A stretch of DNA of 64,000 nt from an uncultured candidate division Zixibacteria bacterium (GTDB taxonomy: Bacteria > Zixibacteria > MSB-5A5 > GN15 > FEB-12). How positions within the stretch are numbered: the first letter of the stretch is position 1; the number at the start of each line of letters is the position of its first letter. The notes beneath the pieces were generated by a model that did no database searches, was not told the origin of the DNA, and saw only the letters and a program-made list of their open reading frames with translations. This document shows positions 37,267 through 46,275 of the stretch, piece after piece. The stretch spans positions 96,001 through 160,000 of the forward strand of contig CAVTJJ010000004.1 of the NCBI GenBank assembly GCA_963735035.1. The letters run 5' to 3'. Made by a program: the position numbers and the translations under genes.

Positions 37267-38406
37267 ATGTCACGCAATTGGCTGTGCATTCTGGCATTAC
37301 TGGTGTCGGTTTCACTGTGGTCCTGTAGCGACGACGACAAGCAGATCGTCAATTCCCACACCGCTTATATTCTCGGGGACCTGGTCAACTTCGATTCCAG
37401 CCAACCAATAATGACCGCAAGGTATTCTGCCCCGTATTACGACCAGAGTGAACTATATATTCCCAACGATCTATCGATCGGTGAACCGTTTCTCGATATT
37501 GACGGTGACGGGGTCTATACTCCCGGCGTCGATTACTTTCATTACTGGGGACCGGAGCCAGAGACAGAGACCCTGTATTTTGCCTGTGATTCGATCATTG
37601 ATACTGCCTGTGTCCACCCCAGGCTAGTAAGTCAGGCCAATCCTGGCTGGGAACGCATGTTGATCGTTACTCTGGGGAATCAGGATATAAATCTCAATGG
37701 CGTGTACGATGGCCCCAACGCCATTTGGACACCGGGCGTGCCCTATGAAGATCTGGACGGGGACGGGCTTTACGATCGTTATTTCACCGGATACCAACCA
37801 GGACTACCGTTCGCAGACTTGAATGGCAACGGTGTCTTCGATCAGACGATGAAGACTCATTACGGGGTAGGCAAATATCGAGTTGAGAACTACGGACCGG
37901 ACTATCAGTATTCTCGTATTAGCCTTACTTCCGCCGACAGTGAGACCGTGTATCGATTTGTTTCCGATAGTGGTGTCGCATACGATTTTGATGGTTGGTA
38001 TCGTGGGCCAGAGGCCTCGGGCTTAAAGTTCAATTTGGACGGCGCTGGTCTCTGGTTTTCTATGTATAGCTATAGTCCTCTGCTCTTATTGGAACACGGT
38101 GAGGTCAAAGAGCATCGTGAGCGGTCGGTCCGGATCACGGACCAACTGAGCGAAATCCGCTCGATCACCTTCAACGAGCGTCTGATAATCAGCCCGCGGG
38201 AATACACCAACCTGGTGGTCGTGGACATTCCGAGATTGTACGAGACGGCTGACACGACTCAGAAGATTGATATGCAGGCGCGCTTCTACTTTTCCCCCAA
38301 CCAGTTGCACCTTCTGGCCATGCGTCTGGTACCACCGGGCGAAGATTCGATCTGGATATACCTGAACCGTCGAATCGACACCCTGCCGTTGCCCATGATT
38401 CGTTGA
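37267..38406 (+). CDS. Lipoprotein with repeated DxxGD/NG (Ca-binding-like) motifs
   Basis: LWSC lipobox; PFLDIDGDGVY, DINLNGVY, PYEDLDGDGLY, PFADLNGNGVF. Confidence 0.8.
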   Translation: MSRNWLCILALLVSVSLWSCSDDDKQIVNSHTAYILGDLVNFDSSQPIMTARYSAPYYDQSELYIPNDLSIGEPFLDIDGDGVYTPGVDYFHYWGPEPETETLYFACDSIIDTACVHPRLVSQANPGWERMLIVTLGNQDINLNGVYDGPNAIWTPGVPYEDLDGDGLYDRYFTGYQPGLPFADLNGNGVFDQTMKTHYGVGKYRVENYGPDYQYSRISLTSADSETVYRFVSDSGVAYDFDGWYRGPEASGLKFNLDGAGLWFSMYSYSPLLLLEHGEVKEHRERSVRITDQLSEIRSITFNERLIISPREYTNLVVVDIPRLYETADTTQKIDMQARFYFSPNQLHLLAMRLVPPGEDSIWIYLNRRIDTLPLPMIR

Positions 38407-38715
38407 CTTGTCGGGAGCACGCCGCGATTTCACGTGCTCCCGGCCGTGCTCCCGCCCGTGGGCGGGCCAATAGCTCATTTCGGCAACACAGACTTTTCCG
38501 CCCCACATTGTCCGTTGAAATAGGAGCCTGATTTGAGCTCCCAAATGACCACTATGAACAGGACTCAAATGATGATAATTGTCTTGGCCCGCGCGGCTTT
38601 TCCCGTTCAGCAGGCATGGGTGAAGGCTCGACCTTCGGATCGAGTACATTATGCTTCATTCATAGCCGTTCTATCCTCTCAAACAAAATAAATTGGGAAT
38701 TTCCGTATTTCCCTC

Positions 38716-38744
38716 TTGACAGTTATGGAAACTCCAGGTATATT
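38716..38744 (+). promoter_or_regulatory. Sigma70 promoter heading the surface-protein locus
   Basis: TTGACA-17 bp-TATATT; next CDS ~355 bp downstream. Confidence 0.6.
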
Positions 38745-39100
38745 CGACCCGGATGATAGGTGACAGTTCCACGTTAATAAGTTGATGGTTGCGAGAATCC
38801 GCACCAGATTGTACCAACGACTTTCCGATCCGATACACAAAACTAGAGAGTGCTGTGTACTCCGTCTCTCGTCGTGGCTGTGGGGGCCACAAGAGAGTTA
38901 CTGACAGGTTACTTCATTAGCGCTATTGGTAAAGAGTTTAGAAAAACTGTTGAGGAAGCCACGGGATATTGCTTTGGGCCGAATGGCCGACAATATCCTA
39001 TAGCGTCCTGTTGCTAAACTTTTGCCAGATAGCTGCTGTGAGCGGACCAATAGTGGTCTTGAGCGCCGAAGGCAGCCCAGTTCAAGGAGGTACCTTGGTA

Positions 39101-40198
39101 ATGCGGTTTTGTTCTGTCAGCAGACGAGCCCTGCTCGCAATCTCAATCCTTGTGTCAGTTCTACTCCTCGGTCTCGCATCAGAATCACAAGCTGTTGATC
39201 GCCTTAGAGTAACGGTCGGCGATACTACCGGGTACCCCGGCCAGGAAAACTCCGTCATAACGGTGTTTCTTACCAACACCTCGGATGCGATTAGAGCCTT
39301 TACGGTTCATCTGATCTTGAATCGTAACGACGTCGCAAATTTCCAAACCAATCTTGATACCGCCCTCGATACTACCTTCTGGCGCTGTGTAGGCTATGAT
39401 GGCCTCGGCAAATGCAACGACTCTGAAGCGGTTGACTCCCCGTACATCTATCCCTGGGATATGATGCACGTTGATTCCACCCCGGTCAACGTCGGCAGCC
39501 TGGATACCGTCGGGACGCTTATTTCCGGATGGGAATCGGTCGAGTCGAGGTCGGTGTACACCGGAGGCCTTGGGCTGGATATAAAGGTGACGGCCTACGC
39601 CTACCAGAATGGTTATCATCCGCCTCTCTATCCGCAGCAGGGCGGCGTTCTGTTCCGCCTCCGGGCGGATATTTTCCCGATCCCACCTGAGATGATAGAT
39701 CGGTCGGTGGGGATCCTGGTCGATGTCGGCAATAAGCCTTACTTCGGCTTTTCCACTCCCGCCGGCGTATCGATCGGCTGGATTCAGGTACCCAAACCAG
39801 ACACCAGCTACTATATGTGCACTGCTCCCGTTCCGCCACCCGGCAGCGGCTGCTACACCTGGACTAAGAAACACTCCTGGGAATGTCCCACCGGCGGATG
39901 TGATTCCGTGGGGATTGACACGATCTATGTGGCCACGCTCGATACCGCCAACGTGAAGATATACGATGGTCAGCTTCAGGTCCTGGACTTCATGTGCGGT
40001 GACTGCAACAACAGCGCCTCAGTTACCATTGGTGACATATCCGTATTGATCGATCATCTCTTTATAACCGGCGTGGCGCTCGATCCGATCGCACCCTGTG
40101 ATGCGAATTGCAGTGGTGACATTACCATCGGCGACGTGATGGCGTTGATTGACCGGCTGTTCGTTAGCGGTTCCCCATTGTGCTGTGAAGCCAGGTGA
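39101..40198 (+). CDS. Secreted cohesin-like + C-terminal dockerin-like protein
   Basis: AAGGAGG RBS, signal peptide; VTVGDTTGYPGQ..VITVFLTN cohesin-like start; GDCNNSASVTIGDISVLIDHLF...CDANCSGDITIGDVMALIDRLF duplicated Ca-loop/helix. Confidence 0.8.
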   Translation: MRFCSVSRRALLAISILVSVLLLGLASESQAVDRLRVTVGDTTGYPGQENSVITVFLTNTSDAIRAFTVHLILNRNDVANFQTNLDTALDTTFWRCVGYDGLGKCNDSEAVDSPYIYPWDMMHVDSTPVNVGSLDTVGTLISGWESVESRSVYTGGLGLDIKVTAYAYQNGYHPPLYPQQGGVLFRLRADIFPIPPEMIDRSVGILVDVGNKPYFGFSTPAGVSIGWIQVPKPDTSYYMCTAPVPPPGSGCYTWTKKHSWECPTGGCDSVGIDTIYVATLDTANVKIYDGQLQVLDFMCGDCNNSASVTIGDISVLIDHLFITGVALDPIAPCDANCSGDITIGDVMALIDRLFVSGSPLCCEAR

Positions 40199-40555
40199 TG
40201 GAACCATGAACCTGATTAGTCTTATCGTGACACTGACTTAATTCCAGACTAACAGGATTCTTAGATAGTTATGACAAGCTTTGGAAAGAATGACAACGGG
40301 CCTTGGGCAGGCCTGGAGTCAGTGAATAGAAAGAAAAAAGAAAGACGGAAAGGAAAGGAGGACATCCGAGAGAGGAATTTGCACGCGCTCTTAATCGTTT
40401 AGCTGTCGCTCTTGTTCTGCGACTCCGGTAAACGTGGCCGTCTGGCTCTCAGGTTACGCAGGCCGAGTCGAGGATCCCGAGGGGGGATAGAGAGAGGCTA
40501 GTTAGACATGATGTTAATGAATGTTAATGAATGCGATTCTTTTAGGAGAGCAAAA

Positions 40556-43231
40556 ATGAGGAAACTTTCATTTTTCCTTACGTTCGCTTTGGTGCTCAGC
40601 CTTGCGTACGGTGCGTTTGCTCAGCACAACGGCATTGTCAGCATTGACAATGTAAGTAACACCATCGACAATGGCGGTGTTGTTATGTTGATGGCGGGCT
40701 ATACGCACGTGGCGTCCATTCGGTACAACCTCCTCGCCAATTCGAATGCCGGTTTCTGGGGCGGTTCGAACGGGTGGGAACTGTACTCACCGGACGGTGC
40801 CAACTGGGTTAACCTTCTGCGTGGTGACGGTCCCATCGTCACCGCTCTAGCCCCGGCCACAAACAGGTACCGCAAGTACTTCAAGTCGGCCGACAACGGC
40901 GCGACCTGGGCCCAGACCGCTACTGGCGGCTCGACTCAGCCGGGTCCGAGCACTGGCGCCGCCAGCCGTGTTGGCTACTACCTTACCACTCTGTCGGGGG
41001 ATGGTACCGACGGTTTCGTTGGTGGTGTCACCAACGGTATCGCTGTGACCCTCACGTTCCAGACGCTTGCAGCTGACTCGAACAAGACGATGTGTCTCGA
41101 CACTGCCGCCGGCATTACTGCCTGGGAATGGGCGGCGCCGATTGCCGGTTCCGACTTCCCGCTGTGGGATAACGGTCTCGGTGTAAGCGGCCCGCGCTGC
41201 TTCTCGATCTATTTCGTTCCGAACCAACCGCCGGTCTTCGATTCGCCGACTGACAACTTGAGCTTCAATCACTGCGGAGAAGGCTCTAAGCAGCTTGTCG
41301 CTCATGATCCGGACGGCGACTATCCGCTCACGTATTCTTTCGCCCCCGGTTTCGAAACCGGTTTTGGCACCGTGACGGCTGCTGGTGCTTGGACCTGGTC
41401 AGGCTCGACCGTGCCGCAAGCCGGCCTTGCCGACCCGCAGTTCTTGGTGACCGATGCCAAGGGTGCCGTGTCCGTGGTGCCGTTCACGCTTCACGTGACC
41501 ACGACCAACAATGCCCCGACTATTCAGTGCCCGGCGCTGTTGACGGTGGGTATTGGTATGTGCAAGACGCAGACCGTGACTGTCGCTGATGTTGATATCT
41601 GCGACGGCAAGACGCTTTCTTTCGTCGGCTTCAGCCGCCCGTTCAATGGCACGTATTCTATTACCGGGACTACGATCGAGCTTTGCCCGATCTCCGGTGA
41701 TGAGAATACCGACACTCTCAAAATGACCGTTCAGGTCAGCGATGGTGCCGCTACCGCTACTTGCGATGTGCTGTGGAACGTTATCAAGGGATCCCCCTAT
41801 CAGGTTGAAATCGAAAAGGTGAAAGACCAGTATCAGGGTCAGTACACCGACGTATTCATCAAGCTGTATGGAGTCGATATCACCCAGGGTCTGGGCGGTT
41901 TTGATTTCATGGTGGCTTATGACAATTCAGCGCTGGCCTTCCAGCTTGCTTCCGAAGGCGACATCTACACTGAGTGTGGATGGGAATACTTCACTTACCG
42001 GTTCGGCCCGCGCGGTAACTGCGGCAATGGCTGCCCGAGCGGTCAGCTCCGTGTAATCGGCATGGCCGAAACCAACGACGGTCCGAATCACCCCGGCTGT
42101 AACATTGGTCACGTTGGCTATGCTAACACCTTCCCGGTCATTCTGGCCAATATGCGGTTCCTGGTCTCCAACGACCGTACCCTGAATTGCCAGTTTGTGC
42201 CGATTCGGTTCTACTGGTACGACTGCGGCGACAACGTCCTGTCGAACTACAATGGTTCCGAACTGTATCTCTCCACCCAGGTTTATGATTTCACGGAATA
42301 CGACAATCCGTTCCTCGGTGGTGCCATGGGCAATACGGCCAGCGGCTTCCCGACCTACACCGGTGCTCAGGCCGATTGCTTCTATGAGAATGTTCAGCTT
42401 CACAAAGTTGCGAAGCAGAACGTTGACTTCCAGAATGGTGGAGTGGACATCATCTGCTCTAACCTGATTGATGCTCCTGGCGACGTGAACATTAACGGCA
42501 TCGCGTACGAAATTGCCGATGCGGTCATGTTCACCAACTACTTCATCACTGGTTTGTCAGCTTTCGGTACCCATATCGAAGGTTCAATCGCTGCGACGGA
42601 CGCCAACCAAGACGGTATCACGCTGTCGGTTGCCGACCTGGTCTACTTGATCCGGGTAGTCGTTGGCGATGCTCAGCCGTATGCGAAGCTCAGCCCGATG
42701 GCTGCTCGTATCACGGTTGGCGACGGTGTATTTAATGTTAACCAGGCGATGGGCGCCGCTTACGTTGTCATGGCTGGCAATGTGACCCCGACCCTGTTGG
42801 CTGGCAACATGGAAATGCAGTACGGCTTCAACGGCCAGAACACGAACATCATTGTCTGGTCGCGTGAAGGCAATAGCTTCAATGGCGACTTCCTGCGCGC
42901 CAATGGCGAAGTCATCAAGACCGAATTTGCCGCCGCTAACGGTGCTCCGGTTATTGCTGACGTGATGCCGGCTAATTACGAACTGCATCAGAACTACCCG
43001 AACCCGTTCAACCCGTCGACGACCATCAAGATCGACGTGCCGAACAAGGGTGCGGATTGGAAGCTGAACATCTACAACGTTACCGGTCAGCTCGTCCAGA
43101 GCTTCTCCGGCGTTGCCACGGGCTTTGATGCCGTGACTTGGGATGCTTCTAACGTCTCCTCAGGCGTCTACTTCTACAAGCTGACGTCCGGTGACTACAG
43201 TGCCACGAAGAAGGCCGTCCTTCTGAAGTAA
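40556..43231 (+). CDS. Secreted multidomain protein: Ig-like repeats, cohesin-like, dockerin-like, T9SS-type C-terminal domain
   Basis: AGGAG RBS, signal peptide; GGFDFMVAYDNSAL; GDVNING...IADAVMF...DANQDG..LSVADLVYLI; LHQNYPNPFNP...SGVYFY...LLK. Confidence 0.85.
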   Translation: MRKLSFFLTFALVLSLAYGAFAQHNGIVSIDNVSNTIDNGGVVMLMAGYTHVASIRYNLLANSNAGFWGGSNGWELYSPDGANWVNLLRGDGPIVTALAPATNRYRKYFKSADNGATWAQTATGGSTQPGPSTGAASRVGYYLTTLSGDGTDGFVGGVTNGIAVTLTFQTLAADSNKTMCLDTAAGITAWEWAAPIAGSDFPLWDNGLGVSGPRCFSIYFVPNQPPVFDSPTDNLSFNHCGEGSKQLVAHDPDGDYPLTYSFAPGFETGFGTVTAAGAWTWSGSTVPQAGLADPQFLVTDAKGAVSVVPFTLHVTTTNNAPTIQCPALLTVGIGMCKTQTVTVADVDICDGKTLSFVGFSRPFNGTYSITGTTIELCPISGDENTDTLKMTVQVSDGAATATCDVLWNVIKGSPYQVEIEKVKDQYQGQYTDVFIKLYGVDITQGLGGFDFMVAYDNSALAFQLASEGDIYTECGWEYFTYRFGPRGNCGNGCPSGQLRVIGMAETNDGPNHPGCNIGHVGYANTFPVILANMRFLVSNDRTLNCQFVPIRFYWYDCGDNVLSNYNGSELYLSTQVYDFTEYDNPFLGGAMGNTASGFPTYTGAQADCFYENVQLHKVAKQNVDFQNGGVDIICSNLIDAPGDVNINGIAYEIADAVMFTNYFITGLSAFGTHIEGSIAATDANQDGITLSVADLVYLIRVVVGDAQPYAKLSPMAARITVGDGVFNVNQAMGAAYVVMAGNVTPTLLAGNMEMQYGFNGQNTNIIVWSREGNSFNGDFLRANGEVIKTEFAAANGAPVIADVMPANYELHQNYPNPFNPSTTIKIDVPNKGADWKLNIYNVTGQLVQSFSGVATGFDAVTWDASNVSSGVYFYKLTSGDYSATKKAVLLK

Positions 43232-43250
43232 AGCCGTTTCATTTGGCTTG

Positions 43251-43283
43251 AACCCCCGGAGAGGTTAACCCTTTCCGGGGGTT
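43251..43283 (+). terminator. Strong hairpin / probable terminator
   Basis: gaacccccggaga...tttccgggggtt directly after the stop codon. Confidence 0.7.
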
Positions 43284-43407
43284 CCAATTCGAAGCACGAG
43301 GAGAATTGAGTATTGAGCGAAGGTTAAAGAGACAAAGAACAAAGACTCTTGAGTCAAATTTGAGGTTTGAAAGTGGCCATTTTGATGCGGAAAACAGCAG
43401 TTTTCGC

Positions 43408-43436
43408 GTGACAAAGCGGCTCTTTTTGTATATAAT
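43408..43436 (+). promoter_or_regulatory. Sigma70 promoter
   Basis: GTGACA-17 bp-TATAAT. Confidence 0.65.
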
Positions 43437-43442
43437 GTGGTG

Positions 43443-43783
43443 CTCTGTTGGGATGTACTTACCTGCTTCGCCGGGTGTTGCCATACTGCGGAAGGTTGCA
43501 TATACCTGCGGAAGAATGACAGACAACCTCACTATGTTGCTCGCCGCCAGGAAAAGGAGCGTCGGATAGCCTAACTGGTATCGATGAGTTAGACTGGCTG
43601 TTGAGAACATAAGTCCTTACCGTTTCTACTCTTAAACGGATGTTCTTCAGAGAGACTTACTCTGGGTAGAGCCGGACAAGAGTTCGCCAGGGAGAGGCGA
43701 ACCGACTTGCGGCATAGGACTGGTTCCGGTCTGATTATTGCTCGGAACTGGATTGGCTAAATGCCGACTTGGTAAGTCACGCT
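43443..43783 (+). ncRNA. Candidate structured 5' leader / cis-regulatory RNA (unassigned family)
   Basis: Lies between a promoter and the next ATG; six consecutive hairpins visible by eye (43566-43778). Confidence 0.4.
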
Positions 43784-46222
43784 ATGTTAAGAAAGTACTT
43801 TGCAGTAGTAATCGGTACGATGGTGCTGCTTTTGGCAGTGCAGTCGATATTGCACGCCGAGCCGGCAGCGGCCGCCTATGCAATTTATGTCGATTCTGTG
43901 CAGGCCGGCCCGGGTGAAGATATAGCGGTGCGTTTCTTCCTGACCAATGAGACAGCACTTACATCTCTAAGTGTACCTTTAACATACAATCCTGCGCTGG
44001 TGACGCTGAAATCCGTAAGCTTCTCCGGCTCACGAGCGCAACACCTTGCCAACAAGATAGTTATGCCGTCAGACCTGACATCGGCCAACGGTCATTTCAT
44101 GGTAGCTGCTTTTCAGTGGCTCGAGGATCCTGTTGCAGCGGGCGACGGACTGCTTTTCACCGCTGTGTTTGGTGTCAATTCCCAGGCGATCCCCGGCTCT
44201 TTTACCGCGATTGACACGCTCTTTTACGCCCCGGGAGGTTTTCTAGAAGTTGTCCGAGCCGATATTCCGGGAGGGATACGTCCGGAGTTCAGGAAAGGTA
44301 GAATCTTGGTTGGAGAGCCAAACCGAGCGCCCATTTTCACGATGCTGCCAGATCAGTATATTCTTGAAGGCGACAGCTTGAAGCTGACCGTTCGGGTGAC
44401 CGACCCGGACGGTGATCGCGTTACTCTGGCGGCCACTTCGAAACCGATTGGCGCGACGTTTATCGATAACGGCGACGGCACGGCGCAGTTTGTGTGGCGG
44501 CCCGATTACGTTGGTCCGAATTCGGCTGACGGTTCGCCGGTTAAGGTCCGGTTCTGGGCGGGCGACGGTGATTTGTCGAGTCAGATCGAGCTGACTGTCA
44601 ATGTCATCAACTGTAACCGTCGTCCTGAGATCACGGCGCCCATCAATGTGGCGGTAGAAGCGGGCGAGACGCTGGATTTTTCTCTGTCGGCCGTCGATCC
44701 CGATTTTGAGGCGGTGCACTGGAGTTGGTCAGGTCTGCCGCAGGGAGCGGTCTTCAACGACGCCAACCCGGGACACCTGACGTGGACATCTGCCGTTACC
44801 GATTCCGGATCGTTCGCGCTTCACTTTGTAGCCATTGACCCTCAGGGACTGGCCGACACCGCTCTTGTTACCACCCACGTGCAGGCGGTGGCGCTCTATA
44901 CCATCCGACTTGATTCGACGCAGGCCATGCCGAATGAGACTATCAAGTCTCATGTCGTTCTCGACAACAAACTTCCGGTCGCCGGATTCAACCTCCTGAT
45001 AAATCACGATCCTTCGGCCCTGGCCTATATATCTCTGACCAATCTCGGCACCCGAAGTGAGTCATTCGAGTATTTCAACGTCAACACCAACCACCATGGC
45101 ATTGCGGGTGACATTCGGATCATCGGTATTGCCAACGTGGGTGGTGGCGCCCCGGCCCTGGCGGAGGGCGACGGTCCCATTGCGGAGGCAACATTCCATG
45201 TCACTGGTGATCTGGCCTACGCCGGGATGAGCGTTCCGTTCTGGTTCCAGTTCCGCGACGACCCCATTAACGATGACAACACCCTCACCGGCAGCTCGGG
45301 CGCACGGATCAACCAGAGCGAAATCGTATACGTCAACGGCAATGTGCAGATCGCGGATATAGGCCAGATTCGGATTGGCGACATCAACCTGAATAATATT
45401 CAGGCCGAGATTGGCGACGTTATCTATTTCACTAATCACTTCATCAATCCGGTTCTGTACAGCTTCAACACCCTGCAGTACGCCAACTCCGATGTCAACC
45501 AGGACGGTATAGTCGCGACTGTCAGTGATCTGGTTTCGCTGATCAACTGGGTCGTATCGGGGGTGAGGCCGTTCGCCAAAGTAAGCGCGGGCGGCGCTCT
45601 GACCGCGACTTTTGAAACGACCTCAGTGGGCGGCGCGATTTCATTTGCATATGATAGTGAAGACGAGATCGGAGCGGCGTTGGTGGTCTTCGAGACTGAT
45701 CGGGAAATGACTCCCGAAATGCTGACCACTAATCTTAGCGGTATGACGATGGATCTGCACCAGGACGGCCCCGAAGTAAAGGTATTGTTCTACAGCATGA
45801 ACGGTCATGCCATGCCGGCTGTCCGCACGGAATTGTTTTCGGTAGCCGGTCTGGATGATTTCAAAGTTACTCATGTCGAGCTGGGCAGCGCCGACGGCCG
45901 TTATGTCGAGGTATCGATGGCGGCCGCCGGCCCTGAACTGCCGACCGGTTTTGAGTTGAGTCAGAATTATCCGAACCCGTTCAATCCGGAGACAACGATT
46001 GAGTTTGCGCTGCCGTCGGCCTCAACTGTCGAATTGACCGTATATAATGTGCTGGGGCAGCAAGTGGCGACGCTGGTCAAGGGTGAATGCCAGGCTGGAA
46101 TCAATCGGGTGGTGTGGAACGGCTCCGACAGTGACGGCCGCGCCGCGGCATCGGGTATCTATCTGTATCGCCTGTCGGCCGGATCAACGGTTCTTACACG
46201 AAAGATGATGCTCCTGAAGTAG
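43784..46222 (+). CDS. Secreted protein: cohesin - 2 Ig/cadherin-like - cohesin - dockerin - T9SS/FlgD-type C-terminal domain
   Basis: VDSVQAGPGEDIAV...LTYNPALVTLKSV; DNGDGT repeat; GDINLNN...DVNQDG..ATVSDL; LSQNYPNPFNP...KMMLLK. Confidence 0.88.
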   Translation: MLRKYFAVVIGTMVLLLAVQSILHAEPAAAAYAIYVDSVQAGPGEDIAVRFFLTNETALTSLSVPLTYNPALVTLKSVSFSGSRAQHLANKIVMPSDLTSANGHFMVAAFQWLEDPVAAGDGLLFTAVFGVNSQAIPGSFTAIDTLFYAPGGFLEVVRADIPGGIRPEFRKGRILVGEPNRAPIFTMLPDQYILEGDSLKLTVRVTDPDGDRVTLAATSKPIGATFIDNGDGTAQFVWRPDYVGPNSADGSPVKVRFWAGDGDLSSQIELTVNVINCNRRPEITAPINVAVEAGETLDFSLSAVDPDFEAVHWSWSGLPQGAVFNDANPGHLTWTSAVTDSGSFALHFVAIDPQGLADTALVTTHVQAVALYTIRLDSTQAMPNETIKSHVVLDNKLPVAGFNLLINHDPSALAYISLTNLGTRSESFEYFNVNTNHHGIAGDIRIIGIANVGGGAPALAEGDGPIAEATFHVTGDLAYAGMSVPFWFQFRDDPINDDNTLTGSSGARINQSEIVYVNGNVQIADIGQIRIGDINLNNIQAEIGDVIYFTNHFINPVLYSFNTLQYANSDVNQDGIVATVSDLVSLINWVVSGVRPFAKVSAGGALTATFETTSVGGAISFAYDSEDEIGAALVVFETDREMTPEMLTTNLSGMTMDLHQDGPEVKVLFYSMNGHAMPAVRTELFSVAGLDDFKVTHVELGSADGRYVEVSMAAAGPELPTGFELSQNYPNPFNPETTIEFALPSASTVELTVYNVLGQQVATLVKGECQAGINRVVWNGSDSDGRAAASGIYLYRLSAGSTVLTRKMMLLK

Positions 46223-46275
46223 GGCATGGATATACACTTTGATAACGATGTACTTGAAATAGGTTAGAGGTCGCG

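Noticed and set aside
38428..38440. Third parS site (tttcacgtgctcc)
   Set aside because: Only one half matches; it is part of a GC-rich hairpin downstream of the lipoprotein gene.
40421..40469. c-di-GMP-I (GEMM) riboswitch
   Set aside because: GGTAAAC is present but the GNRA-capped stem and the following GCAAAG element are missing.
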